Of a stretch of 37,056 bases of DNA, positions 1 to 13,128 are shown piece after piece (position 1 is the stretch's first letter; each line of letters starts with the position of its first letter). The position numbers and the translations under genes are program-made. Origin of the DNA: Reclinomonas americana ATCC 50394 (taxonomy: Eukaryota); the NCBI GenBank assembly GCA_048213135.1, contig PS015562.1, positions 22,565 through 59,620 on the forward strand, given 5' to 3'. The notes beneath the pieces were generated by a model, which saw only the letters and a list, made by a program, of their open reading frames with translations, was not told where the DNA came from and made no database searches.

Positions 1-1085
1 ATGCTGCTTTTGCATTTGAATCCTTCCCACTCTCGCTCATACAAAGACGCCAGTTCTCCGCTCGCATGCGTTCTGTCTTTCTCCTCTCACTCATTCAAAG
101 ACGCCATTTCTCCACTTGGATTCTTGTGACGTCGCCTTTTTACTCCGTCTACTCTCGTTCGTTTGTTGACCTGACCTGCTCATCACTTGCATGGTGTGAC
201 CTCGTCCGGCTCGCGCTCGTTTCTGTACCGCTGCTTTCCACTCGAATGCACTTGAATCCCGCCCTCTCTCACTCGTTCCTTAGATGCTGCTTTCCGTCGT
301 ATGCTTCTGACCCCGTTCCACTCTCGCATGTTCCTTGACCTCAGCTCTCCAAACACTCCCTCCACTCTTACTCATACGATGGCGGCTATTCTCCACTTGT
401 TTGCTTGTGACCTCGCCTTTCGACTCAATCTGCTCTCACACATTCGAACACGCCAGTTCTCCACCTGGATTCTTGTGACCTCGCCTTTGGACTCCTTCTG
501 CTCCCGCTATGTTCATTTGAATTCCTTACACACAGCTCATTTCTTGTCCTCCGTCACCGTTCAGATGCACTTGGACTCCTTACGTACTCGCTCAGTTCTG
601 CCTCTTCATGTTGTATGTAGACTCCTTCCACTCTCGCTCGTTCAATCAACGTTCTTCACTCGTATGCATGTGGACTCGATCCGCCGCAGCTCATTCTCAC
701 CGCCGCTGCTCACCTTGTGGCATTTGCGCATCCCCTTCCGCTGCTCCATTGCGTTGCATTTAGACTCCCTGCTGACTCCCTCGTTCTTGGACTCTGTTCT
801 GCATTCAAATGCATGTGACTTCTTCCACTCTCACTCGTTCAACAATTATCTCTATTCGTGTGCATTTGGACTCGATCTGCCGCTGCTCATTCTCTCACCG
901 CTGGTCACTGTGTGTACATTTATGCATCCCCATCCACTCGCACGCTTCTCTATTCAGTGCATGTGGACTTTCTGCTGTCTCCCTCGTTTCTTGGACTCTG
1001 CTCTGCATCTGAATGCATGTGACTTCTTCCACTTTCCTGCTGCTCATTCTGTACTCCCCTGCTCTCCACTCGAATGCATCTGAAC
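1..1085. repeat. Degenerate intronic repeat tract (C/T-rich, recurring tgcatttgaa / ttggactc / cactctcgctc elements) upstream of acceptor 1119
   Basis: Recurring motifs such as acgccagttctcc (47, 449), gattcttgtgac and gcatgtgacttcttccact (811, 1015); ends in branch-like ttctaat and ccgcag. Confidence 0.55.
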
Positions 1086-1119
1086 TGATTCTAATCTCGC
1101 TCTTCTCCTCCCACCGCAG

Positions 1120-4100
1120 GCGGCGGCCACCCCCGCGGTGGCACCCGCGGAGGCNNNNNNNNNNNNNNNNNNNNTGACTGGCTTTCAACCCCAGCAGCAG
1201 CAGGGTGGTGCATTCCGCGGCGGTCGTGGTGGCGCACAAGCAGGTGCACAACGCGGTGCTCGACGTGGTGGTGGCGGTGGCGGCTTTCTGCAACATCAGC
1301 AACATCAGCAACAGACGCCTGGCAGGAGAATGACAGCCGCCGCTCCACCACTACCACCACAAGCAATGCCCGCGCCAGCGCAACCCGACGCCTCGTCTGG
1401 CAAGTGGGTGCGCGGGCGCGGCGGCGGTCCCACCGGCACTGCGTTTCGTGGTGGTCGTGGTGGTGGTGGCGATCGTGGTGGTGGCGGCAGAGGTGGTGGT
1501 CGTGGTCGTCCACCATTTCAAGCAGCAGCTGGAGGTGGTCCATCTCAAGTGACGGCTGCGGCTGCCGCAGGTGGTGGTGCCGTCCCGCGATGGCGCACCC
1601 TGAAAATGCTGTACTTGCCGGCCGGCGAGCAGTCGGAGGCGGCCGTGCGCCGTCTGCTGTCGCAGTTTGGGCGCCTGGAGAGTGTCTTTGTCAATGGCGA
1701 TCGTGCATTCGTGCGCTTCTCGCACGAGGGCTCGGCGCAGAATGCGTGCGCGACACTGGAGGCCAACGGCTATCGCGTGTTTGTGGTGCAGGATCGCATG
1801 AGCGATGCCGGTGGTGCCCCGGGAGCGTTTCCTGCCGGTCCGCAGCGCACCGCTGCGCCCATGACGGCCACGGGGTCCACAATCAAGGTGCTGCATGTGC
1901 CGGCTGTGATCAACAAGTACCAGGTATGGTGGAAGAAGAGTGGCACTGTGGCGAGCTCTTTTCTTGATTGCTTCGTTGCTTCCGTTTTCGTTTCTCTCGT
2001 TCGCTGTTCCTTTCGTCAACTGTCTTGCATCCACATGTGCTTGATATGCTATCTCTTCTATGTTTTCCCGTATGCTGGGTGGTGCAGGTTATCCTGAATC
2101 AGTCTCCCTCTGTCCATTTCCCCTTTCCACTCACTGTATCTCTCCATCTCTTTCTGTCATTCACTCGTTCTCTCTCTCTCTCTCCGTGTACGTGTGTGTG
2201 TGTCTCTCTCTCCTTTCTCTCTCTCTCCGCCCTCTTTCCCTCCCTCCCTATCTCTTTCCGTCATTCTGTCGCTCTCCCTTTTGTCACGATATCTGTATTT
2301 CAATGCCTTCGTCGCTACTACAAGTTCGTATCGCGTGATTTTTGGTGGTGCCTAATTCACCGTCTTCCGCTCTCTTTTGTCGCACACTTCTCTCATTTTG
2401 TCGTGTCTTTGTCGCATTCTACCCTCGCTCTGTCTTTCACTCTCATCCATTTTGATCGTTGCCTTGGTCGCTTATCTCTCCCTTTGCCGTCTCGTGTGTT
2501 TGACGGACATCGCGTTTGTTCTTCACCTGAGCAGTCTGCCTTTCTGTTATTCACGTTCTCTGCGTTACAAAGCACGTGTCGTTTCTCTGCTCGTTACATT
2601 TGCATGCCCACCCTCTCTCTCTCTCATTTATGCTCTGTGGTTGGTGGGCCTCCGCTCGCCACAGTTGCATTCCCAATGTTCTCTTTGTCGCCACATGTGT
2701 ATCATTACTCTTCCTGGCTGTCTCTGGCCCCTCTCCTCCCCTCCCCTTTCCCACCCTTCCCCATTCTCTCCCTTCCCCTTTCCCTTCTCCTCCCTTCCTT
2801 TTCTCCCCCCTCCCCTTTCCCTTCTCACCCCCTCATCCCTTCTCCCTCTTTCACAGTTTCTGAAAAACCACTTCGCGCAATTCGGCCTGGTAACCAGCGT
2901 CGTACCGAAACCCGCCGACGAGCGCGCCTTTGTCACCTTTGCCAATGCGGCGGACGCCGAGCTCGCACGCAAGGCCACCACGCACATTGGCGAGCACATG
3001 GTCACCGTGTACCTCGCGACCAGCGATCCCAACGCCGTAGGTGGTGGCGGTGCTGCTGCTGCGAGTCAGTGGCCGGCCGCCGCCGCCGCCGCAGCAGAGA
3101 GCGCACCTCGCCCTCCACCGAAGGTCACACTGAAACTTCAGCAGCAACAACAGCAACAGCAGAGACATCGCGCCGCGCCGACCATGGAGTATGCCGCCGA
3201 GGACCAAGAGGAGGAGGAGGCGGAGTATGGCGACGATGGGCAAGAGGTCTTGTTGCTCATCACACCCTTCCTCCTTGCCTTTTCTCACTCTCATCTTTAT
3301 AAAGCAGGCTGGTGGCTCCTCCTTCGGCTACGCCGCCGCCATGAAGGAAATGGGACGCAAGCCAATTGCGCCTGCTGCTGCTGCGGGTGGTGGCGGACGG
3401 CGTCAAGTGGCGCCGCACGTGTCGCAACCAATGGCCACCGAATCCAGCGACAACCCTGAATTGTTGCGCCAGTCGGACAACTTCAAGGCCGGCAACGTGG
3501 TCTCCACCAGCGGCAAGCGCCTCCTCAGCAACACGCTGAAGAACATCATGTATCACAACCGCAAGGTGGAGGAGTTTGGCCCGCCGCAGATGCTCGAGTT
3601 CAACGAGACCGACATTCAGGTGTACGATCCACGCGCTCCGCCCCCTGCCGCATCGGTAAGCGTCTGTTTCTCGCAGTGGTGATTATCCTGTTGTGCTCAT
3701 CCCTCTCTGGGCAAGCAGAGCGAGGCCGAGGAAGAGGAGGAGGCTGAAGAGGAAGAAGCGTACGCAGCTGAGGACGCCGAGTATGCGGAGGATGAAGACG
3801 AGGAGGAGTGGTACGAGGAAGGACTGGAGGAGGAGGAAGAGTACGTTGACGGTGACGAGACAGAGTACGAGGGCGTGGCAGGCGAGGACGAGGTGGACGG
3901 TGAAGGGGAGGAGGAGGAAGTAGCGGAGGAGGAAGATGCCGAGTACGCCGAGGATGTTGCGTGCGGTTTGAAGCCATGGATGATGAATCGCCCCTATTCT
4001 CACGTGTTCTTGATTGTAGACCGAGTACGCTGACGAGTATTACGAAGGAGATGAAGACAATGAGGGAGAGGAGGCCGCAGAGCAGGGCGATGGTGAAGAG

Positions 4101-4199
4101 GAGGAGTACTATGAGGGCGAAGAGGAGGAGGAAGCGGATGACGCCGACGCGGTGCAAGTGTATCGCCCTGGGTAAGCAACACACACACACACACACACA

Positions 4200-4235
<36 letters not shown>

Positions 4236-5084
4236 CTCGTCNNNNNNNNNNNNNNNNNNNNNNNNNNNNNNNNNNNNNNNNNNNNNNNNNNNNNNNNNNN
4301 NNNNNNNNNNNNNNNNNNNNNNNNNNNNNNNNNNNNNNNNNNNNNNNNNNNNNNNNNNNNNNNNNNNNNNNNNNNNNNNNNNNNNNNNNNNNNNNNNNNN
4401 NNNNNNNNNNNNNNNNNNNNNNNNNNNNNNNNNNNNNNNNNNNNNNNNNNNNNNNNNNNNNNNNNNNNNNNNNNNNNNNNNNNNNNNNNNNNNNNNNNNN
4501 NNNNNNNNNNNNNNNNNNNNNNNNNNNNNNNNNNNNNNNNNNNNNNNNNNNNNNNNNNNNNNNNNNNNNNNNNNNNNNNNNNNNNNNNNNNNNNNNNNNN
4601 NNNNNNNNNNNNNNNNNNNNNNNNNNNNNNNNNNNNNNNNNNNNNNNNNNNNNNNNNNNNNNNNNNNNNNNNNNNNNNNNNNNNNNNNNNNNNNNNNNNN
4701 NNNNNNNNNNNNNNNNNNNNNNNNNNNNNNNNNNNNNNNNNNNNNNNNNNNNNNNNNNNNNNNNNNNNNNNNNNNNNNNNNNNNNNNNNNNNNNNNNNNN
4801 NNNNNNNNNNNNNNNNNNNNNNNNNNNNNNNNNNNNNNNNNNNNNNNNNNNNNNNNNNNNNNNNNNNNNNNNNNNNNNNNNNNNNNNNNNNNNNNNNNNN
4901 NNNNNNNNNNNNNNNNNNNNNNNNNNNNNNNNNNNNNNNNNNNNNNNNNNNNNNNNNNNNNNNNNNNNNNNNNNNNNNNNNNNNNNNNNNNNNNNNNNNN
5001 NNNNNNNNNNNNNNNNNNNNNNNNNNNNNNNNNNNNNNNNNNNNNNNNNNNNNNNNNNNNNNNACACACACACACACACACACA

Positions 5085-5119
<35 letters not shown>

Positions 5120-8100
5120 CCTGTCCTCTTTCTTCATTCATCACCCTCTGCCCTCCGATTGTCTCCTTGTAGCACTTCTCTTTTCCAGCAATGCTCACAT
5201 TATCCCCCCCTGTCCTCTTTCTTCGTTCATCACCCTATGCCCTCCGATTGTCTTCTTATTTGCACTTCTGTTTTCCAACAGTGCTCACATTATCCTCCCC
5301 GTTCTCTCTCTCTCTCTCCCTGTCCTCTTGCTTCGTTCATCGCCCTTTCTGTCCTTTGATTGTCTTTTTGTGGCACTTCTCTTTTCCAGCAATGCTCACA
5401 GTCTCCTTCCTCCTCTCTCTCCTGTCCTCTTCCTTCGGTTAGCACCCTCTGCCCTCCGATTGTCTCCTTATTTGCACTTCTCTTTTCCAGCAATACTCAC
5501 ATTATCCTCCCCCCCTCCTCTCTCTCCCTGTCCTCTTTCTTCGTTTATCACCCTTTCTGCCCTTTGATTGTCTTTTTGTGGCACTTCTCTTTTCCAACAA
5601 TACTCACATTATCCTCCCCGTTCTCTCTCCCTGTCCTCTTTCTTCGTTCATCACCCTTCTGCCCTCCGATTGTCTCCTTATTTGCACTTCTCTTTCTCCA
5701 CGAAATGCTCACATTCTCTTTCGCCCTCTCCACCTCCCAGTGGCAAGCTACGCGAAACCGTGGCGCAGGCACTGGATGCGCGACCGGACAGCGGTCCGCA
5801 AATCATTCGGCCGACTGTCCGCGCGCCACGCGATCCGAACTCACCGGGCATGGTGCGCTCGCCCACCCTCAGTCGGCTCGGTCAATCGCCCGGCGGCGGC
5901 ACTCCCGATTCCGCCGCCACCGCCGCTGCCCCTACGAAGCGACTGGCCATTGTCACTCCTACGTCGTCGCCGTCAATCATTCCCGCTGCGGCTCCTCGTC
6001 GACTGTCACCGAAGAAGCCTCCAGCTGCCGTACCGCAGCCGAAGCCTGTGCGACCTTCCACTACTACTGTTACTACTGCTGCTGGATCACCGGCAGTTGG
6101 TGCCGCTCGTCGCGTCATTCCGCCCGTGCCGCCAGACCCGCATNNNNNNNNNNNNNNNNNNNNNNNNNNNNNNNNNNNNNNNNNNNNNNNNNNNNNNNNN
6201 NNNNNNNNNNNNNNNNNNNNNNNNNNNNNNNNNNNNNNNNNNNNNNNNNNNNNNNNNNNNNNNNNNNNNNNNNNNNNNNNNNNNNNNNNNNNNNNNNNNN
6301 NNNNNNNNNNNNNNNNNNNNNNNNNNNNNNNNNNNNNNNNNNNNNNNNNNNNNNNNNNNNNNNNNNNNNNNNNNNNNNNNNNNNNNNNNNNNNNNNNNNN
6401 NNNNNNNNNNNNNNNNNNNNNNNNNNNNNNNNNNNNNNNNNNNNNNNNNNNNNNNNNNNNNNNNNNNNNNNNNNNNNNNNNNNNNNNNNNNNNNNNNNNN
6501 NNNNNNNNNNNNNNNNNNNNNNNNNNNNNNNNNNNNNNNNNNNNNNNNNNNNNNNNNNNNNNNNNNNNNNNNNNNNNNNNNNNNNNNNNNNNNNNNNNNN
6601 NNNNNNNNNNNNNNNNNNNNNNNNNNNNNNNNNNNNNNNNNNNNNNNNNNNNNNNNNNNNNNNNNNNNNNNNNNNNNNNNNNNNNNNNNNNNNNNNNNNN
6701 NNNNNNNNNNNNNNNNNNNNNNNNNNNNNNNNNNNNNNNNNNNNNNNNNNNNNNNNNNNNNNNNNNNNNNNNNNNNNNNNNNNNNNNNNNNNNNNNNNNN
6801 NNNNNNNNNNNNNNNNNNNNNNNNNNNNNNNNNNNNNNNNNNNNNNNNNNNNNNNNNNAAGGGAGAAAGGGGGAAAGGGGTGGAAGGGGAAGGGTGTGGT
6901 GTGAGTGTATCTTCTATGCGTTTAATTGTCTCCAGAAGCAGTCTATTGCCCTTCTTGTGTTGTCCCTCTTCTATTCATGTGCATTGCCTCCTCATGTGCA
7001 TGTGGTTGCTTGAGTTGTTGTGTTCTCTCTCTCCCTCTCTCGCACTCTTTCTCGCTCTCTCTCTCTATGGCTGACTCGACTTCCCATGAACTTGCGCCAC
7101 TCTGCCGCTTCATTTGCCTTTCCCGTCGTTTTCCGACATCACTGCCCACCAATTCTCTCCTTGTCGCACAGTCTGTCGATATTCTTCTATTGTTTCTCTT
7201 CCTGTCAGTCTCGTTCGCTTCATGTGCAAACATGAATTGGAGTGAGGGAGGCCACCAAACACAGAATAGGATATCGTCTAACACGCAGAAGTGAATTTGG
7301 AGAGGCAGTTGCCAAAGTGAAGAAGCAGCAGACAGTGAAGAGTCTATCGCTTTCGTTCTCTCCTTCTGTGCGTGTGCGCACGCGTGGGTGTCGTTCTTCT
7401 CACTCTTCTTGCCCACTCAGCCTCGGTATTCTCTCTCTTCCTTAACTGTGTGCTTCTATATTCGAACTGCTTATGCCTTTCTGCCCCTTTGCTCCCGTTC
7501 TCTCCCTGTCCCACAGACTATCGCTCTTCTTGCATTACCTCTCTTCTCTACATTTTTCTTCTCCTCCTCATGTTCCTGCACATCTCACACCGCCTGCCTG
7601 TGTGAGTTGGTGTCTTCCTTCACAGTCAATTGTTTTTTTGTGCAATTGGCTCGTCATGTACTCACACACTCGGAGCAGTCTGGTGCTGTTCTTATTGGTT
7701 GTTAGTCTCTATCTCTGTCTCTCCCTCTTTACCCCCTCCCACTCTCTTTCACTCTCATATCGCCTCTCACTCCATTGCACCACCGCAGCTTCACGGCTTC
7801 ATCAGCGACCGCATGCGATCCATCCTTCAAGACTACCACTTCCAGTCGTGGGTGGACGAGCACGCGGCCGATGTGGTGCAAAGGATGGCTCGCTACTGTT
7901 GCGTCACTCTTTCCTTGCCCCACTATACTGTGCATGTGCTTACAATTTGCTGAACGATTCGCCCGGCAGTGATCCTCTCCGAGTACCAATGTCGACCGAT
8001 GCCCAAGTTCGATCTCGTGCTCAACATCAACCAACTGAGCAAGGCCCTGGTCGATCTGCGCGACATGTACAAGGACCTGGCGCTGTTTGGCGTGCGTGTG

Positions 8101-9922
8101 CCCCAGGAAAACGAGTTCCGCGCCTACAACATTCTGCACAACATGCCCGATCGCGTCGGCTTGCAGCAGGAGAGCGCGAGCTGGTCGGTGGAGACGTGGA
8201 GGTCGCCTGAGGTACGAATGCACACCGTTCCCCTTCTTACCCTTCCCCCTCCCTCACACCCTCCCCCTTTTCGCAGGTCGTGTTCGCCCTGAAAGTGGTC
8301 AGGGCCTTCTCCCTCAACAACTACGTCGAGTTCTTCCGGCTGGTGCGCGAGGCCACGCTGCTGGAGGCCTGCCTGCTCAGCAGATACTTTCGCGATGTGC
8401 GCGAGCGCGCCCTCAATCGCATTCGCAACGCCTACCCGAAAGTCAAGTTCCCGCTGGACGAACTGGCGGCCATTCTCGCGTTCGACTCGGTGGAGGCGGC
8501 GGCGGCGTTTTGTCGCGTGTACGACGGAGATGTGGACGAGGAGACGGGCACGGTGGAGTTGCAGCGGCTGCATCACACGCGCAGATTACTGGAGCGCGTG
8601 CAGGCCATCAAGGTGCAGCGTGGCGCGCCGTCATTGTCTATTGCTGAGTTCGGTCGCACTGTGGAGTTGGAGTCGATGGAGGAGATTGTCGAGTTTTGCC
8701 GAATGCACGATATTCGAACGCTCGGCGATCAGGAGTACCCCGATGCTGTGGAGCTGGAGTCTTTCAAAGGTACTTTCTGGAAGGGAGGAGATGGGTGTGA
8801 AGAGATTTGTTGACAGCCGTCACACAGTGCGCTATCCGGAAGCACCGCCCACGTACGAAATGATTGTGGACGAGCTGTTTGACGAGTCTGCGTCGACACG
8901 CGACGTTGTCTACGGTGCTCTGTCCCGTCAGGCACTGGGTGTGCCTTCTGCTTCTGCCGCTGCTGTGGCTGCTGCAGTGGTGCCGGCCACGGTGGAGTTT
9001 ACGTCGCCGCCGCCGTCGCTCACCAGCCTGCCGGTGGGTGCCGATGTGGAGATTCGCTGGCGCGTCTCTGGCGGCTCGGTGGGCGTGGTGTTGCTGGCCG
9101 TGTCGTCGGTGGCCACTGGCAGTCGCGTGCTACAGCTGGCGCGCGTGAATGGTGACACGACGCGTTCGTTCCCGTGGGATGTGCCGAGAGATGGGCGGTT
9201 GTTGCGGGAGGCGGTGTGCTTTACGTTGACGGCGGAGGAGACGAATGAGGTGGTGGCGAGGTCCGGGGCGATTAGCATTCGGCTTAGTTGCGCTGGTTGG
9301 GGGGAGGGAGGAGGTGGTGCGACAAGGTGACTCACTTGGGTTTGATAATAGGCTCGGTGGTGCGCGTGGTGGCGCCGATTGAGGGGGAGAAGTGGGTGCG
9401 GGATACGGATGTGCTGGTGCAGTGGGAGACGGAGGGTGAGTGGGGGGAGGGGAAGGGGGGAAGGGGGAAGGGGGAAGGGGGAAGGGAGGGAAAGAGGAAG
9501 GGGGAAGGGGAGGAAGGGAGGGAAAGGGGAAGGGGGAAGGGAGAGAAGGGAAGGTGTGTGTGTGTGTGAATTTGTTTGGTTTCGCCGATTGTGGATGGGA
9601 AGTGGGTGGAGCGAGGCATGCATTCAGTGGCGCAGGAAGAGACGGAGTATGCGCGTGAATAATGATGAGAGAAGAGGACAAATGAGGGGAGGAAAGAAGG
9701 AGAGAGTTGGAGAGCAAGGAGAAGAGGGTGGGGAGAGACGAGAAGGCGGTGTGCATGTGCGTTTGTTTCATTCGCAGAATATATGTGGATGAGAAGTGGT
9801 TGCGAGATTCGGATGTGCTGGTGCAGTGGGAGACGGGTGATGCGTGTGGGTAGCGAAAGGGAATGAGAGAGGACAAGGGAGAGGGGGTGAAGGGAAAGAG
9901 AGTAGAAAGAAGGGAACACAAG

Positions 9923-9953
<31 letters not shown>

Positions 9954-12900
9954 TTCACACGGTTCACCGACTTACGTGAAAGTGAGGGCGAGGCACAGAT
10001 TTTGTGGTGGGAGTCAGTGGGGAGGGAACATGCGAGAAGAGGGCGATAGTGATAGAGAGAAGAGGAGAGGAGGTAAGGGAGAGGGTTTATTGGAAAGGAG
10101 ATGAAGAAAGGTGGACGAGAAGATTTGTTGGCTGTTGCGCAAATGAGACGAGAATTACAAGATGTGTGTTGTGAATTCTCCACATCCCTGTCATTCGTTC
10201 ATATGTCTTGAATGCGGTACCATCACATCATCTCTCCCCTCCTCGGTGTCGTCTTCTGCTGCTTGTTCAACCAATTCTATTTCCCGTCATCGGTTCCTAT
10301 GTTCCTTCTTTCCCGTCTGTTTTTCCTCCTCCTCTCCCTCCTGACGTCATTTCTCGCCTTCCCTTCTTCGCCTTCTTCTCAACACTGCCCATTTCATGTG
10401 CGTCACAGGTGAGGTGAAGATCGTCACCGTCCAGCTCTCCGCGTACAGCGCTCGTGGCACCATGTTGCACACGACCATTGCCAACACTCTCGTTTTGGGC
10501 CGATCGACTGATGTTTATCACTACCTGGGCAATCAAGACGGCACCGATGCGCACGAGCTGCTGTGGCATGTGCCGGTCACGCTTGGTGTGTCCACTACGG
10601 CGCTCTCGATTGACGCCCACAGTGGACTGAACGAGATATTGCAGGTGCTCTCGGTGCGACACGGGTGTGCGTGGAGATAGTGGATATCAGGAACCCGTCC
10701 GTGCGTGCCGCGTCGTCGCCGTTCCACATTCCCGACGCGGTCAAGCCTGTCGTTGGTGTGTGCTAACGTATTGTAGGAAGGGAAGGCAGTTGTGGAGACT
10801 TACTGTTCTGTTGGGCGCAGTGCCACCCACTCCTTCGCCAGTGCCGGCAAGGTGCGATGTTGCATCGCATCCCTGATTTCGATTTGTTGTGCTCACTTGG
10901 CTTTCACGCAGTCCGGTCAAGTCAAAGGCCGCTACTTTTGTTGGTGAGGATGTTGCATGTCACTAGCCACCTCCCTCGTTGCTGACCTGAGTGCTTCATC
11001 AGTTCCGCCAATGTCGCCCACCAGCCCAGCTCAACCTGGTGAGCTCTCTTCCTGTTCTCTCACTCATTGCACTTACTCATCGCCGCCACCACAGCATCGC
11101 CAGTGCCCGCACTGTCATTCTCGGAGATCCTGCAAAAGTCACAACAGCAACGCGTTGCACCTAGTCCGGCATCGCCGTCACCCAAATCACCCAAGGCGCG
11201 CGCACCACTCTTCCAGGCACCAGCTGACGAAGAAGAGGAAGAAGAGGAGGAGGTGGCGGCCGAGGAAGAGGAAGATGAGGGCATGCCGCAAGTGGAGTCG
11301 TTCCGCGCTCCGCAGGCAGACTTGGAGGTTGAATTTGTGCACCGCAAGGCCGAGACGGAGGTCAGTACAAGTGGCAGGGTGCAATACGCTTGGCTTTTCT
11401 CATCTCGTGTCAATCACCGCAGGCGGAGCGCTTCCAGCGCCTCATTCGGGAGCAGCTGCAGGAGGAGGAGAGGCAGCGACAGGAGCACACGCGGCAGGTG
11501 GAGGAGCGGCGGAAACGGGATCGTCAGGCGGCGATGGTGGCGCGGCAGTCGGTGGGGGCGCGCGATTTGCAGCATTTGGTGGAGGCCATGGAGTCGCCGG
11601 AGAGTGGGAGGTTGCGATTGAGGTCGAGGTGAGCGCATGGGGGGGAGAAGGGAGATAAGAGGGAAGAGAGGGGAAGACGTGGAGAGAGGGGAAGAAAGGG
11701 GCGAAGAAATGAGTGGGAGCGAAGCAAAGACGATCATGCACGTGTTGCTGTTGTTGTTCAGTGAGCACATCTTTTGTGTGTGGTGAGAATAACATGATGC
11801 GAACAGCAAGCAGACGAGAATTAGCGCATTGGAAGTCGTCGTGGCACCTGTGGTGCTGGCAGTGTCATCTCTGACCCACACAATCAGCGAATATGTGAGT
11901 GAGTGAGTGAGTGCCTGAATGAAGGAATGAGCGATTGAGAGGGAGAGAGAGAATGAGTGAGTGATTGAGAGGGAGAGAGAAAATGAGTGAGTGAGTGCGC
12001 GAGTGTGTTTGTGTGGGTGTGTGTGTGAGAGAGAGAGAGAGAGTGAGTGAGTGAGCGAGTGAGCGAGCGAGTGAGTGGACGCGAGTGTTGAGTGATTGTG
12101 TGTCCGTGCGAGTGCTCGTGCGTGGCTTCTTTTATCTCTAACGTATTAGCACTAGAGGAAGTTGTGCACGGTGTGTGATGCGTTCTGCGCCTTCCTCTCT
12201 CGCTTTCGCTCTGCATGTGTGAGAGAGTAAGTGAGTGTGGTATGTGGAGAGAGGGTCAGCTGCGCTCGGCGGTTGAGATCAATGCTTCATATGCGACCGC
12301 AACATGACTCTTGTCGTCTTCTATTCATCTCTCTGTTTTCGTGCTCGCAGAAGAATCACCACCGGCGACGAAGCTGACGAACTGGGAGCGATGATGGACG
12401 CCCGGCTGCGAGTCAACCTGGCGCGCTGCTTCCGTGTGGCACTGAAGCAGCGAGTGTTGCCTGACAGCGACAATCTTTTCTTGAAGGTGCGTGATGCTCA
12501 GCCTCCCAGTGTTTGTGCCAATCCTCACCTTTCGCGCGCGCGCTAGATGGCCATTGTGCAAGGCGCGGCGGCGCCTGTCGCCTCCGGTGGCGACGGAGAG
12601 GTGGACAGTCCGTTTGAACGCCTGTGCCGGCGTGTCAACCTCAGCTTCCTGCAACGCGAGGTGCACACGGCGCTGGACGATCCAAACGTGCTTGCCCTGT
12701 GCAGTGTGCCGGCCGCCCTGCGCCACGTGCACGTGTCGATTGTGCGCGTGTCGCAGAGTGATTTGCGCACGGATAGGCAGCTGAGCACGCAGCTGTTGTC
12801 GCACGCCTCGGTGCTGTTGTACGTGGTGGATACGATGTTGACGGAGGAGACGAGGTTTGTGGTACAAGATCTGATTTGTGGGAGAAATTTGATTGACTTG

Positions 12901-13084
12901 TTGCTGCTGTATCCAGCGCGGCCGTGGAGAGCGCGATTGGACAGCAGCTGGGCGACATTGAGCGGATGATCAACGACTTTGCCACCGACTACATTGAGCG
13001 CATGACGCCGCAAGTGGCCGTGGTGGTGGAGGGGCCTGAGGTTAGTGATATGATGACTCTGTGCTGCATGAGAGAGAGAGAGAG

Positions 13085-13128
<44 letters not shown>

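Noticed and set aside
301-1083. Long Leu/Ser/His-rich ORFs here and at 1968-2856, 24527-25860, 28798-29335
   Set aside because: These are translations of C/T-rich intronic repeats, which are stop-poor by composition; no recognisable domains.
3957-4020. Reading GTTGCG introns as non-canonical TT..AGN introns shifted by one base
   Set aside because: The 3' ends would be heterogeneous (A, T, G, C), whereas the GT reading ends on AG in all eight cases. Kept only as a check under the splice-site finding.
3600-5198. Long ORFs spanning N runs (also 5360-7074, 15107-16830, 29730-31813, 33892-34766)
   Set aside because: Their length is due to X residues from assembly gaps; only the exon portions listed in features are supported.
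7230-7345. Purine-rich island inside a pyrimidine-rich intron, as a missing SAC3 exon or small RNA
   Set aside because: No convincing splice sites, SAC3 motifs or snoRNA boxes were found.
10645-10680. In-frame stops at ORF ends (e.g. TAG 10678, TGA 13921) as stop-codon reassignment
   Set aside because: All are bypassed by ordinary short introns, and genes end in TGA or TAA; there is no evidence for an alternative code.
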